Shown one piece after another: positions 51,285 through 62,737 of a stretch of DNA of 64,000 nucleotides. Under the pieces are notes generated by a model, which saw only the letters and a list, made by a program, of their open reading frames with translations, was not told the DNA's origin and did not search any database. Each line of letters begins with the position of its first letter. Position 1 is the stretch's first letter. Source of the stretch: Octopus sinensis (Eukaryota); assembly GCF_006345805.1 (NCBI RefSeq), contig NC_043018.1, positions 23,436,001 to 23,500,000 of the forward strand, in the 5' to 3' direction. Position numbers and translations under genes: made by a program.

Positions 51285-53334
51285 GTGAGTTCAGAATTTT
51301 ATTTTCGGTGTAGAAGCTTGACTCTCCAACTTTTATGAGTAAACACTTTCTTATGTGAGTGGAAAAGTGGCAGAGTTAAAAGTGCATCAGACAAAACACA
51401 GTATTTATTTCAGCACCTGTCATTCTGAGTTCAAATCTTATCATGGTCAACTTTGCCTTTTGTTCTTTTGGCATTGTTAAATAAAGTAGCAGTCTCAGGT
51501 AGTACAGTGGAGGCACATGGCCTAGTGGTTAGAGCAGCGGATTTGTGGTCGAGGGATCATGGGTTCGAATTTCAGACCGGGCAATGTGTGAAACACCTAA
51601 GGTAATGGCAAACCTCTGCTGACTCTTTCACAACAACTTTATCTTACTCTTTCCTCCTGCATCTAGCAGCTCACCTGTGACTGACTGGCATCCCATCCAG
51701 GTGGGGAACCTATACACCAATGAAACCAGCCAGACATGGCTAGAGAAGAAGCAAACAACTCAGATAATGCACTTATGCTGGTGCCACATAAAAGCACCTG
51801 TGCTGGTGCTGCATAATAGCACTGGTGCTAATGTCACATGAAAAGCACTCTGTACACTCTGTAAAGTGGCCGGCATTAGGAAGAACATCCAGCCATAGAA
51901 ACTGTGCCGGTGCAGCTCTTCTGGCTGGCCAGCTTCTGTCAAAGCCATCCAATCCATGCCAGCATGGTAAACAGATGTTAAATGATGATGATGATTAGTG
52001 TTGTATGGTATGCTTTGCAAGTATTTGTTCTGGGCATGTGCATTTTAAGGTCAAATCTTGCCATGGCCTTCTTGGGTGTTAAAGTTAACCCATGGCCTGG
52101 TTTAACACCACCACGTCGTCCTTGGGTGTTTTTAACATTGCAAGCATTCATGCCAGTCCTCAGTTTGAGAATTCCTTTATCCCTTTCTTCTGTATCAGGA
52201 ATATTGAACAATCAGATCACTGTATCTAATGTCAATTGAATATTACTCACATCATCAAAAACCTTGACCACTCAAGACTGTGCGTAGAACTAGCTTCAAC
52301 AGCAATTTCATCTTTTGGTGCATTTCTTTCAGAGCCTAACCATCTCTATAAATTCAGTGCACCTTAGCTACTTTGACAGAGTGAACAAGATGACCGGCAG
52401 ACAGCAGCTGACCCAAGCTATGCATTTTGCTTGGCATGCTGACAATTCTGCCTACTTGCCACTTTCAGTATTTCTTATATTGATAGGAACACTCCTTTTC
52501 ATCATCATCATCGTCATCATCGTTTAACGTCCGTTCTCCATGCTAGCATGGGTTGGATGGTTCGACCAGGGATCTGGGAAGCCAGAAGGCTGCACCAGGC
52601 TCCAGTCTTATCTGGCAATGTTTCTACTGCTGGATGCCCTTCCTAACGCCAACCACTCCGTGAGTGTAGTGGGTGCTTTTTACGTGCCACCTGCACAGGT
52701 GCCAGGCGAGGCTGGCAACGGCCACGGTCGGATTGGTGTATTTTATGTGCCACCGGCACGGAAGCCAGTCGAGGTGGCGCTGGCATCAGCCACGAGTCGG
52801 ATAGTGCTTTTTACGTACCACCAGACCAGGGATCCTGGCTGGTTCAATTCGATTTCGATTGGAAATAGAAAAGGGTTTTGAAGAACTTCAGTTTAGTGTA
52901 AGTGAGCAGTTGGTGTGAGAGTATATATTTCTCTATTACCCACAAGGGGCTAAACATAGAGGGAACAAACAAGGACAGACAAACGGATTAAGTCAATTAC
53001 ATTGACCCCAGTGCGAAACTGGTACTTTACTTATCGACCCCGGAAGGATGAAAGGCAAAGTCAACCTCGGCGGAATTTGAACTCAGAACGCCTTTTTGGT
53101 GTGAGAGTATAGGTTAACACAAGTGGTCAGCTGGTGTCAGCACAGTGCAAGTGGATAGTTAATGTGACAGTACAAGTTAGTATAGGTGGACAGTTGGAGT
53201 GTAGTGAAGTAAACCAACAATCTATTGTCCATTCATCTAATTATTTTCTAAAGTGTCTTTAATTAATATTTATATATTATTAAAATGTCTTCACTTATTG
53301 TTTACTAAAGTGTTTGTAATCTTTTGTTTTAAAG

Positions 53335-53436
53335 CTGTACTTGTTGCGGAAATATTCTTCACATCACATTCCTGACCAGCTGGAGAGTGGCCGCTTCTAC
53401 ATTTGTAGCCTCTCCACCGCCACCATCGTTTACAAG
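53335..53436 (+). CDS. GLT1: GOGAT coding exon 6 (LYLLRKYSSHHIPDQLESGRFYICSLSTATIVYK)
   Basis: TTTTAAAG acceptor, FYICSLS..TIVYK motif, GTGATA donor, 102 nt. Confidence 0.93.
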
Positions 53437-53911
53437 GTGATACTATCTTTACCATTGTTCTAGTAGTATGTCTCTTGTGTACTGTAGTCTTCACATCTCT
53501 TGTATGCCTTCTGTACTGTAGCTTCCATACCTGTTGTATGCCTACTGTGTACTGTAGCCTTTATATCTGTCATATATTTGTTGTGTAGTCTTTACATCTG
53601 TTGTGTACTGTAATCTTTACATCTGTTGTATATTTGCATGTACTGCTATTACATCTGTTGTATATCTATGTGTACTTCTATTGCATTTGTTGTGTACATT
53701 TCTTCACCATCTGTATATTACTACTTGTTATGTATTGTGTATTAACATCTGGTCTACATCTGTTATGCACTTCTATTTATCTGCTGTATATAAGTGGATC
53801 TATGGTACACATTTATGTTGCTTATAACTATAGTACTCCTCCTTTTAACAGTGATTTAAAAATAAATTCCTTATTTCATATTTGTCTTTGCTCTCTCTCT
53901 ATTTTTTATAG

Positions 53912-54048
53912 GGTCTGTTCACAACAAGTCAATTATGGTTGTACTACAAAGATTTACATGATCCAAACTTTGAAACACACTTATCCCTTGTACACAGCAG
54001 GTTTTCAACCAATACAGTACCCAGCTGGGAAAGATCCCATCCTCAAAG
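53912..54048 (+). CDS. GLT1: GOGAT coding exon 7 ([46 protein letters not shown])
   Basis: TTTATAG acceptor, HSRFSTNT motif, donor AG|GTTCAT (weak), phase 2 fits exon 8. Confidence 0.92.
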
Positions 54049-54062
54049 GTTCATCATTATTA

Positions 54063-54096
<34 letters not shown>

Positions 54097-54097
54097 C

Positions 54098-54128
<31 letters not shown>

Positions 54129-54139
54129 AATTATTATTA

Positions 54140-54700
54140 TTATTATTATTGCCCCTATTTTAACTCCTCTCTAGGCCTGGTATTTATTCTCTCCTTTGGA
54201 CTCCTTCAGGTTCAGTATTCTCCTCTAGGCCCTATTTTAACTCCCCTTTAGGCACAGTATTCTCTCCTCTGGGCTTCTTAAGGTCCTGTATTTATTCTCC
54301 TGTAGGCCCTATATTTAAACTCCTCTCAAGGCTCAATATTTACTTATCTCAAGGTGTAATAATTATTTACTTTCTTGAAGGCCCAGCATTTACTTTCAAG
54401 GCCCAATATTTGCTTACATCAAAGCTCTGTATCTACTCTGCTCATGTTCCAATGTTTCCTCTTCTCTAGGCCCATTATTTACTCACTTCTAGTTCCAGTG
54501 TTTATACTCCTCACGGCCCAGTTCTTATTCCATCCTTTTGGCTCCTAAACATCTATCTATTTTCCTCTAGGTCTCATGTTTACTTACCTTAAGGCCCAAC
54601 ACATACATCTCTCAAGACCCAGTGTTTTAACTTCTCAAAACCCAATCTCCTCTAGGTTCAATGTCTACCATCTTAAAAATCCAATATTTACTCTCTTCAA
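54140..54700. repeat. Decayed ~21-23-bp minisatellite (AGGCCCAGTATTTACTCCTCT-like) filling intron 7
   Basis: Recurring GGCCC..TATTTACTC motifs. Confidence 0.7.
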
Positions 54701-54732
54701 CGTTCAATGTTTATTATATTTTCTTTGTATAG

Positions 54733-54937
54733 GTTTCTAGCCCACAATGGTGAGATCAATACTCTACGAGGTAACAAGAACGTGATGCATGCCCGTGAGG
54801 GTACCATGTCCAGTAGCGTCTTTGGTGACAAGTTGAAACTTCTCTACCCTGTTGTGGAGAGTGGAATGTCAGATTCTGGCTGTGTCGACAATGTCCTGGA
54901 GTTCCTCATGATGGCCGGAAATAAATCATTGCCTGAG
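54733..54937 (+). CDS. GLT1: GOGAT coding exon 8 (R-FLAHNGEINTLRGNKNVMHAREG...SDSGCVDNVLEFLMMAGNKSLPE)
   Basis: TTTGTATAG acceptor, AHNGEINTLRGN and SDS motifs, GTAAAG donor, 205 nt. Confidence 0.96.
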
Positions 54938-55989
54938 GTAAAGTTATATTTACTTGCCTGATATTATGTGTACATGTTTAGAATTGTAGCTATGTATGGT
55001 ATATGGGTACAGATTTTTTTTATCTTTTAGTTGTCTCGGTTGTTGGACTGGCCATGCTGGAGCACCATCTCAAAGGGTTGTAATCAAATGAATCAACCCC
55101 CACAGGACTTATCTTTTAAAGTCTATTAGTTTCTATTGCTAAACCACTAGGTTATTGGGAAGTAAACAAAACCCCACTGGTTGTCAACTGGTGTGTTGGA
55201 GAGGGCAAATACAACACATACACATTCACACACACACAGAGGCTTCTTTCAGTTTCTATCTACCTAACCCACATACAAACTTTGGTCAGCCTGGGACTGT
55301 AGCAGAGGACACTTCACCAAGGTACCACATTGTGGGACTGAACCCAGAACCATGTGGTTGTAAAGCCAACTTCTTACAATACAGCCATGTATATGTGTGT
55401 ATATGTGCACACACACACACACACACACACAATGGACTTTCATACAATTTCCATCTACGAAATTCACACTCAAGACATATGCTGTGCAGTGGGACTGAAC
55501 TCAAAACCACATGGTTACAAAGTGAGCTTCCTAACCACATGACCATCCCTACTAAGGTAGTGTCACCAAGATGTTTTATAATTCTTTGTTGGCATATGGA
55601 GTAGATGGATTTTATTCTGTTATTCTCTTACTTGCTTCAGTTATTTTTACTGCAGTCATGCTGGAGCACTGCCTTTAGTCAAACAAATTGACCCCAACAC
55701 TTATTCTTTGTAAGCCTGGTACTTATTCTATTGGTCTCTTTTGCCAAACTGCTAATTTACGCTGACATAACATACCTACATCAGTTGTCAAGTGATGGTG
55801 GGGGTACAAACGGATGCACAAATACATCACCAGATTGAGTGGTACTGCCTAGGTGTCAAAACCATAATGATATCTGTGGGGCAGCTGATGATGGAGGTAT
55901 GTTGGATTGTTGGTATGGCTGTGGAATAGTATTATAGCACATCCTTTTGATATATCTATAATATATCTATATCTATCTATTTATCTATC

Positions 55990-56010
55990 TATCTAGCCAG
56001 CTACCTGTGT

Positions 56011-56092
<82 letters not shown>

Positions 56093-56149
56093 TATATATA
56101 TACATATATATATTATAATATATATATATATATATATATACATTATATA

Positions 56150-56212
<63 letters not shown>

Positions 56213-56220
56213 TATATATG
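55990..56220. repeat. Long (TA)n microsatellite
   Basis: Direct reading. Confidence 0.97.
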
Positions 56221-56526
56221 ATAGGCTTCTTTCAGTTTCTGTCTACCAAATCCACTCACAAGGTTTTGGTTGGCCTGAGGCTATGGTAGAAGACACTTGC
56301 CCAAGGTGCCACACAGTGGAACTGTACTCTAATCATATGCTTGGGAAGCAAGCTTCTTACCACACAGCCACTCTTGCATATATTAAATACATTACGTACA
56401 TGTGTTAATCATTCTTACTTAGGTATGAGTGTGTGTGAGTGTTTGTTTATAATTGTGTTTGTCACTTTTTCCTTCATTTGTTTACATAGCTGTCACTTAG
56501 AAGGAGCTACTAAGTATATATATATA

Positions 56527-56577
<51 letters not shown>

Positions 56578-56664
56578 TTATTAGAGACAAAACCACTATT
56601 TTGCAAAACAAAAAGGAAAGACTTAATCAATACATAAAATTTTAATAAATAGTCAAAAAAAACG

Positions 56665-56707
56665 CCACTACAATCGTTTCTTGTCTTGATCGACAATCTT
56701 CAGGTGG
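56665..56707 (-). ncRNA. Putative minimal type I hammerhead ribozyme (left arm of palindrome)
   Basis: Minus strand reads CCAC-CUGAAGA-UUGUC(GAUCAA)GACAA-GAAA-C(GAUU)G-UA-GUGG: stem I CCAC/GUGG, complete core, 5-bp stem II, GUA cleavage triplet, self-complementary (with GU) ACGAUUGU stem III. Confidence 0.62.
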
Positions 56708-56746
56708 ACTTATTCAGTGTCAATTTGACACTGAATTATTGGAAGT

Positions 56747-56789
56747 CCACCTGAAGATTGTCGATCAAGACAAGAAACGATTGTAGTGC
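56747..56789 (+). ncRNA. Putative minimal type I hammerhead ribozyme (right arm of palindrome; stem I weakened to 3 bp)
   Basis: CCAC-CTGAAGA(56751-57)-TTGTC-GATCAA-GACAA-GAAA(56774-77)-CGATTG-TA-GTGC. Confidence 0.52.
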
Positions 56790-57078
56790 CGGGTTTTTGA
56801 CTATTTATTAAAATTTTATGTATTGATTAAGTCTTTCCTTGTTTGTTTTGCAAAATAGTGGTTTTGTCTCTAATAATATTTTATAATATTTACTATAAAT
56901 CGATTTAATCCTAAATCTGATTTTTTCCCTGTAAATTTGGATTTATTCCCTAATATATATTATTATTATATTATATATATAGATATATATATATATTATA
57001 TCATATAAGGGCACACTAATGGTCTACCTGTTAGAAATAAGAGTTAAAACCCTCATTTAAACCACCAAAAGTTTACAC

Positions 57079-57246
57079 TGAAAATACTAACAGAATCAAC
57101 AGTACTCAGGGAAGGTAAGATTTTTATATCAAACCAGAAACCGGTCCATGTGTATACCAATAAATATATAGCTGTATACTATATATGTATGTGAGGGATT
57201 TTTTGATCCGCTTGCCCGAGTACTGTTGATTCTGTTATTATTTTCA
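57079..57246. mobile_element. Small element with 36-bp terminal inverted repeats (MITE-like, superfamily unknown)
   Basis: TGAAAATACTAACAGAATCAACAGTACTCAGGGAAG vs reverse complement of 57211-57246: 33/36 matches. Confidence 0.55.
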
Positions 57247-57660
57247 TTAAAAAAACTATCAAGATTTATTAGAAGCAGTATCATGAGATTTGGTAAAGGA
57301 AAACTTAAATCAAGATGTTAGCTGACAATTAAGGGGGCCGGCCCCTAGCAGACCATTGATTATGAAACAGGGGAAATCTTATTATGTGCTACTATTGTTA
57401 AATATTTTAAACAATATTGCCATAAAGTATAAAGTTAAAATTTAGGGTTATTCAGAAGATTATTAAGAAGAATATTATAACAAAAAGATAAAAAGTTCTT
57501 TGAATACTTTTGAGTATATACCAAACTTTTACCACAATAGTGGGAGGGAAAGAAATTATCTCGAAATAGTTAAATATTTATACATATTATACACTTAAAT
57601 ACTAACTTGTCAGATGGTATCTGTGAATATTTATATATCTGTGAATATATATATGTGTAT

Positions 57661-57692
<32 letters not shown>

Positions 57693-58639
57693 ATATTTAT
57701 ATATATAATCCCAGTATGTGTATATATATAAGTGCCACCACACACAACACACATATAAATAAATATCTGGGATGCCATCAGTTAAAATGGCAAGTGTTCC
57801 AATTGATCCGTAAAACAAATGTACAAATGTTTGTATTTGTTATATGTGACAGACACAGTGGCGGTGGTGGGATTGACAGTGGTGATGGTAGTGGAGGTGG
57901 TTGTGGTTGTAGCGGTGGCAATGGTAGTGGTGATGGTGGTGGCAATGACAGCGGTGATGGTGATGGTGGTGGCGGTGGTAGCAGTAGTGTTGATGGTGGT
58001 GGCAGCGGCGTAGCAATGGTGGTGGTAATAGTTCCTGCTTTAAGCACAAGGTCAGTATTTTGGGTGAGGTGGTGGTGCAGACAATAACATCAACCCCAGC
58101 ACTTGGCTGTGGTTCTGTTTTATCCAAGAGGATGAAAGGCCAAATGGACCTCGGTAGGATTTGAACTCATGACAAATGCCACTAAGCATTTTTGCCAACA
58201 CTCTAACTTACTGGCCTTTGGTGGTTGTGGTGATAATGCTTTACCTTTGATCAAAGTCATGCCAACCATGACCATCCTGTCCTTTTTTAGAAGTATCTTC
58301 TACTACACCAAATATTACTTTACTTATTTATGACAAAGATAGGGTTTGATACAAGAAAGATTTAGTTGCTATTTCTTGCAAGTTAGGTGACCATATACAA
58401 GACTTCCTCACTGGTTGTCTGGAATGGTGGTGTTGGGTAGTGGTGATAGTAGTAGTAATGTGCTAATTATAATTATGGTGGTAATGATAGTGATAATCAT
58501 CATCATCATCATCTTCATCATTAGCAGTCTTAAACTCCTCTTCATAATTTAGAAAACATTAATTAATTGTGCGTTAATTAAATGTTTATAAGCCATTAAG
58601 TAGTTTCGTTCTCTGTCACTTAGCTAAATGGGAGTGTAA

Positions 58640-58805
58640 GGGTGACTCGGTATGAAATAGTGTTGCACAATATAGAGAGAAGTACATGGAACTTAACAAT
58701 GTGCTAACAACACCCCTGTACATGGCCTGTACTGCTTTCATAAGCCATTCATCTATCCCTAGTGAGACTACCATATATGACAGAGAAAGGTACTCTGTCA
58801 AAGGC
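58640..58805 (-). mobile_element. RTE-like reverse transcriptase fragment
   Basis: AFDRVP..LGIDEWLMKAVQAMYRGVVS. Confidence 0.6.
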
Positions 58806-59058
58806 ATCTATCTATCTAGATAGATAGATATATGTCATTGACAGAGTACCTTTCTCTGTCAAAGGCATAACATATATCTATCTATAAATATATATTTCTT
58901 TACTACCCACAAGGGGCTAAACATAGAGGGGACAAACAAGGACAGACAAAGGGATTAAGTCGATTACATCGACCCAGTGCGAAACTGGTACTTTATTTAT
59001 CGACCCCGAGAGGATGAAAGGCAAAGTCGGCCTCGGCAGAATTTGAGCTCAGAACATA

Positions 59059-59097
<39 letters not shown>

Positions 59098-59228
59098 CTG
59101 TTTGTGTATATGTGTATGAATGTATATATGTATTGTGTACTATTTTATTATTGGTGGGATCAGCAAAAAAATGTAGTTCATCCCATGAAAAATAATATAC
59201 ACAATTAAATAGCAGTTCATATTTAAAT

Positions 59229-59263
<35 letters not shown>

Positions 59264-59389
59264 ATATATATGTATATATCATCATCATCATCATCATCGT
59301 TTAACGATCGGAATGTTAACTCAAAAAATATTAAAAGTTCTAATTCAACGTGATACTTTTCAGATATTGTGCACATGCAACCATGAACA

Positions 59390-59439
<50 letters not shown>

Positions 59440-60278
59440 CTTGAAAATGTTGACTATGCTAATGTTTGCATCTAACGTAGGCACATTTCTGAAAGTAGTC
59501 GTAAATTAAACCTTGTAATTTGAGATAAAGTTTTTCAAGTTATACTGTTTGCATCATCATCATCATCATCATCATCGTTGTCATCATCATTTTATGTCTG
59601 CTTTCCATGCTGCTATAAGCTAGACAGTTCATCACTGTTCTTCTAGGCAGATGAGAGAACCTCTGTACACTCACAAGATGTCTCAACCAACCCATGTTAG
59701 CAAATATAAAAATAATAAGTATCTATCATTTTCAACTTAATTTCTGGATACTTTAGGGAGAAAACATACCAGATGTGGAAGCTAAATGTAGAAGCAAGCC
59801 ACCTCAGGATAATTTTAGAGAAGTCAGAAGTTTTAGTAAGTAGAAAAGCAGACAGGACTGAGCTGCCTTTCAGAGAAATGGCTGTGCTCAATATACAGAA
59901 AAGGAATTGGTAGGAGTTCTGTACTGTGTGTCCAATTTAAACCATGGGTGCACCATAGGTGTTGTGGATTCGCTGACAGGTTGACAGAAAAGGACATTGC
60001 AACAGGTTTACAGGTATAGTTAGTAGTCAGAGCATTGGCGAAATAAATCCTTTCTAGTACTCTGAAGACTCTGTAAAGATTGCCGGTAACTCCTGTTACC
60101 TAAATGACCTAATCACCAGTAGACAGAATAAGAACAGGGTGGAAGAAGGTCAGAGAACTTTTACTTCTGAAGGCAACAGAAAGATTCTCTCTTAAGTGAA
60201 AAGTACATTGGAAATTAAAACAGTTTCTTCTCATATTTCGTATACAGTTAAGAACATGTTATCCATCCATCTATCTAT

Positions 60279-60318
<40 letters not shown>

Positions 60319-61329
60319 ATCTGTCTATATATCAATATATGTATATAAAAAAAAAATTCAAGATCATTTGAAATTACATCTAATAACCTAACAGTATATC
60401 TTTTCTACCCCTCTGATGAGATTTTGCCTAATACAGTGATTTACTTATTGTAATTTAATCTTTAGGCAAAATTGAAACAGCTGTAAGAGAATGTGTTGGA
60501 TTTTTGCAGTTAATCAATTATGTTAATGCTACATCTCCCTTTTCTAAATTTTTCTTTTGAATATTTATAAACCAAGATTTATATTTAGACCTATTATTTT
60601 ATATCTCTATTCACAAAAAATACTAGGCAATGAACCAGTAATTCATTGGATATTTTTTATCCCTTAATGAGGCTATTTTAATTTTGATTATATTTATATG
60701 CATAAGAAAATGTATAGTAAATACACAAATGAAAAATAAAAAACGTATATTGAGTGCACAAACAGACAGAAGATAAACACAGAAGGTCCCTCATTCTTCA
60801 TTAGTTATCAACCAGATGGTATTACTCAGTTTCACACCATTAATGATAAGCCTGATAGGTGTGTGTGTGTGTATAATATGCATATTATGGATATAATATG
60901 TATATGTTGAGTATTTAGAGTCAAACATACAATGTCGTCATAAGTATCTAATTTACATTAAGCTTAGAAGATACCAATTAATTAAACCACGAAATTTGAT
61001 GCAACGCTTTTGATAGATATTGTATGCATACCTTTGTGTGTGTTTGTGTGTGCAGCTACATGGTACACAGAGACACTTGAAGGTATTAACTACGTCAGCA
61101 TATGGGTTAAGTTGCATTTTGTAAACATATGCGTTTTGCAAAACAGCATTACATTAAGCCTTATAATTTTATATAGACTTGATAGTTACGTGTGTGTGTG
61201 TTTGTTTATATTTGAATATTTTATTCTTTCATTCTTTTACTTGTTTCAGTCATTTGACTGAGGCCATGCTGGAGCACTGCATTGAAGGAATTTTAGTCAA
61301 ACAAATCGACCCCAGGACTTATTTCTTAA

Positions 61330-61551
61330 CCCTTTTGTTACTGTATTTATTTTGAGATGCTCTGTGTGTCTTTCAATTAATTTTAAATATAACAAAGAAT
61401 TTAGTAAAATAACTTAGTTACCATTAAGCTGGTGTTAGGAACCTAAATTGTGACTAAGGTTTGGTGGAATATTTTAATTAAAAACTTATGAAAATAAGAC
61501 ATTTGTACTATGGAGCCAGAGCTGGTTTCAGCCGGGTTGGTAACGAAAGGG
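61330..61551. mobile_element. piggyBac-type MITE (222 bp), nested in a SINE tail
   Basis: TTAA|CCCTTTTGTTAC ... GTAACGAAAGGG|TTAA. Same family as 46783-47004; SINE sequence resumes on both sides. Confidence 0.82.
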
Positions 61552-62459
61552 TTAAACCTAGTATTTATTCTATCAGTTTCTTTTGATGAACCACCAAGTT
61601 ACAGGGACATAAACGCACCAACAAGGGTTGTCAAACGGTGATGGCGGCGACAAGCACAGACAGCAGGGAACGTAGTGGTTGTCATATATAGAGACGGTGT
61701 TGGTAGAGGTGGTCATGACAATAATAGCAAAGATGGTGGTGAACGTGATGGTGATGATGGTGGTGATCGCAATGAGAATAATTATGTTGGTGCAGTCGTG
61801 GCTGTGTGGTAAGAAGCTTACTTCCCAACCACATGGTTTTGGGTTCAGTCCCACTGTGTGGCACCTTCAGCAAGTGTCTTCTACTATAGCCTCAAACCTA
61901 CCGAAACCTTAGTGGGTTTGGTAGATGGAAACTGAAAGAAGCCCGCTGTGCGTGTGTGTGCGCGCACACCCTTGTCTGGACATTGCATGATTGTTATAAA
62001 TGTATGTCATTTATTTCCTATTTTCCAAGAAAATATGTCCGACTGTAGGGAAATATTATCTTGCTTGGAAACAAGTGTGGGTTGGTGACAGGAAGAGCAT
62101 TCCAGCCTTAGAAATTCTGCCCCAATAAGTTCTGTCCAATCCATGCAAGTGTGGATACATGGACATTAAAAAATGATGGTGATGACGGTGCTGCTGATGA
62201 TGATGATGACGATGACAATGATGATGATGTGACAGATGATGATGACACATATGGCAGTGATGATGATGATGATGATGGCAGAGCTGTTGGTGACCCCTGT
62301 GAAAATGATTATGGAGTTAGTGATGATGAGTGATGGTGCCAATGGTAGTGACAATCATGGTAATGATGATGATGATGACGGCAACGACGATGATGATGAT
62401 GATGGTGATGATGATGATGATGATGATTGTTTATATATTGTAGTTTCTCTAAATTTCAG

Positions 62460-62571
62460 GCTATGATAACAATGGTACCAGAAGCATGGCAGAATGATAA
62501 AAACATGTTACCAGAGAAGGTGGCCTTCTACAGATGGAGTGCCCACACAATGGAACCATGGGATGGGCCAG
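62460..62571 (+). CDS. GLT1: GOGAT coding exon 9 (AMITMVPEAWQNDKNMLPEKVAFYRWSAHTMEPWDGP-)
   Basis: TTTCAG acceptor, MVPEAW and MEPWDGP motifs, GTAAAT donor, 112 nt, phase 1. Confidence 0.96.
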
Positions 62572-62737
62572 GTAAATCTTCAACCCTTACATTTCATCAG
62601 TTTACACTCCATGTTCAAAGTACATGGATCTGACCCTCACTTCATGTTTTGATTCATGTAGCACATGTTTAGTTTACTTTTCAGTGCTGGGGTTCCCAAA
62701 CAGTGGGCTGAAGCACACTGGCAAGTCATGTGATGTA

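Larger units (their letters stand above)
56573..56881. mobile_element. ~310-bp palindromic element (two head-to-head copies of a hammerhead-bearing, probably Penelope-like LTR-derived unit) flanked by TA-rich sequence
   Basis: Arms 56573-56723 and 56725-56881 are reverse complements around T56724, with one 6-nt indel (TATTGG) and two small variant patches. Confidence 0.8.
31123..62571 (+). other. GLT1: Glutamate synthase (NADH-GOGAT, eukaryotic GLT1/GltB-like) gene, 5' portion; 9 coding exons, gene continues past the window end
   Basis: Manual splicing of 9 GT-AG exons gives an uninterrupted 353-codon frame with GOGAT motifs GLYDPxxEKDSCGVG, MEHRGA..DTGDGAG, FYICSLS..TIVYKG, [14 protein letters not shown], AHNGEINTLRGN and MEPWDGP. 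Exon phases are 0,2,0,0,0,0,2,0,1. Confidence 0.96.

Noticed and set aside
50033-51288. Three ~300-aa Pro/Leu/Ser-rich ORFs
   Set aside because: All frames are open because the C/T minisatellite lacks stop codons; it lies in GOGAT intron 4.
51522-51590. tRNA-like sequence with A and B boxes
   Set aside because: No proper acceptor stem, and it continues into repeat body sequence; it is a SINE head, not a tRNA gene.
54049-54130. Read-through of exon 7 into a poly-Ile ORF
   Set aside because: The ORF track extends into (ATT)n; the conserved protein continues in exon 8 via the phase-2 splice.
57614-58127. Gly-rich or His-rich ORFs
   Set aside because: (GGT/GAT)n low-complexity intronic tract.
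59640-60250. Possible old LINE remnant in intron 8
   Set aside because: Composition is suggestive, but no motif could be read with confidence.
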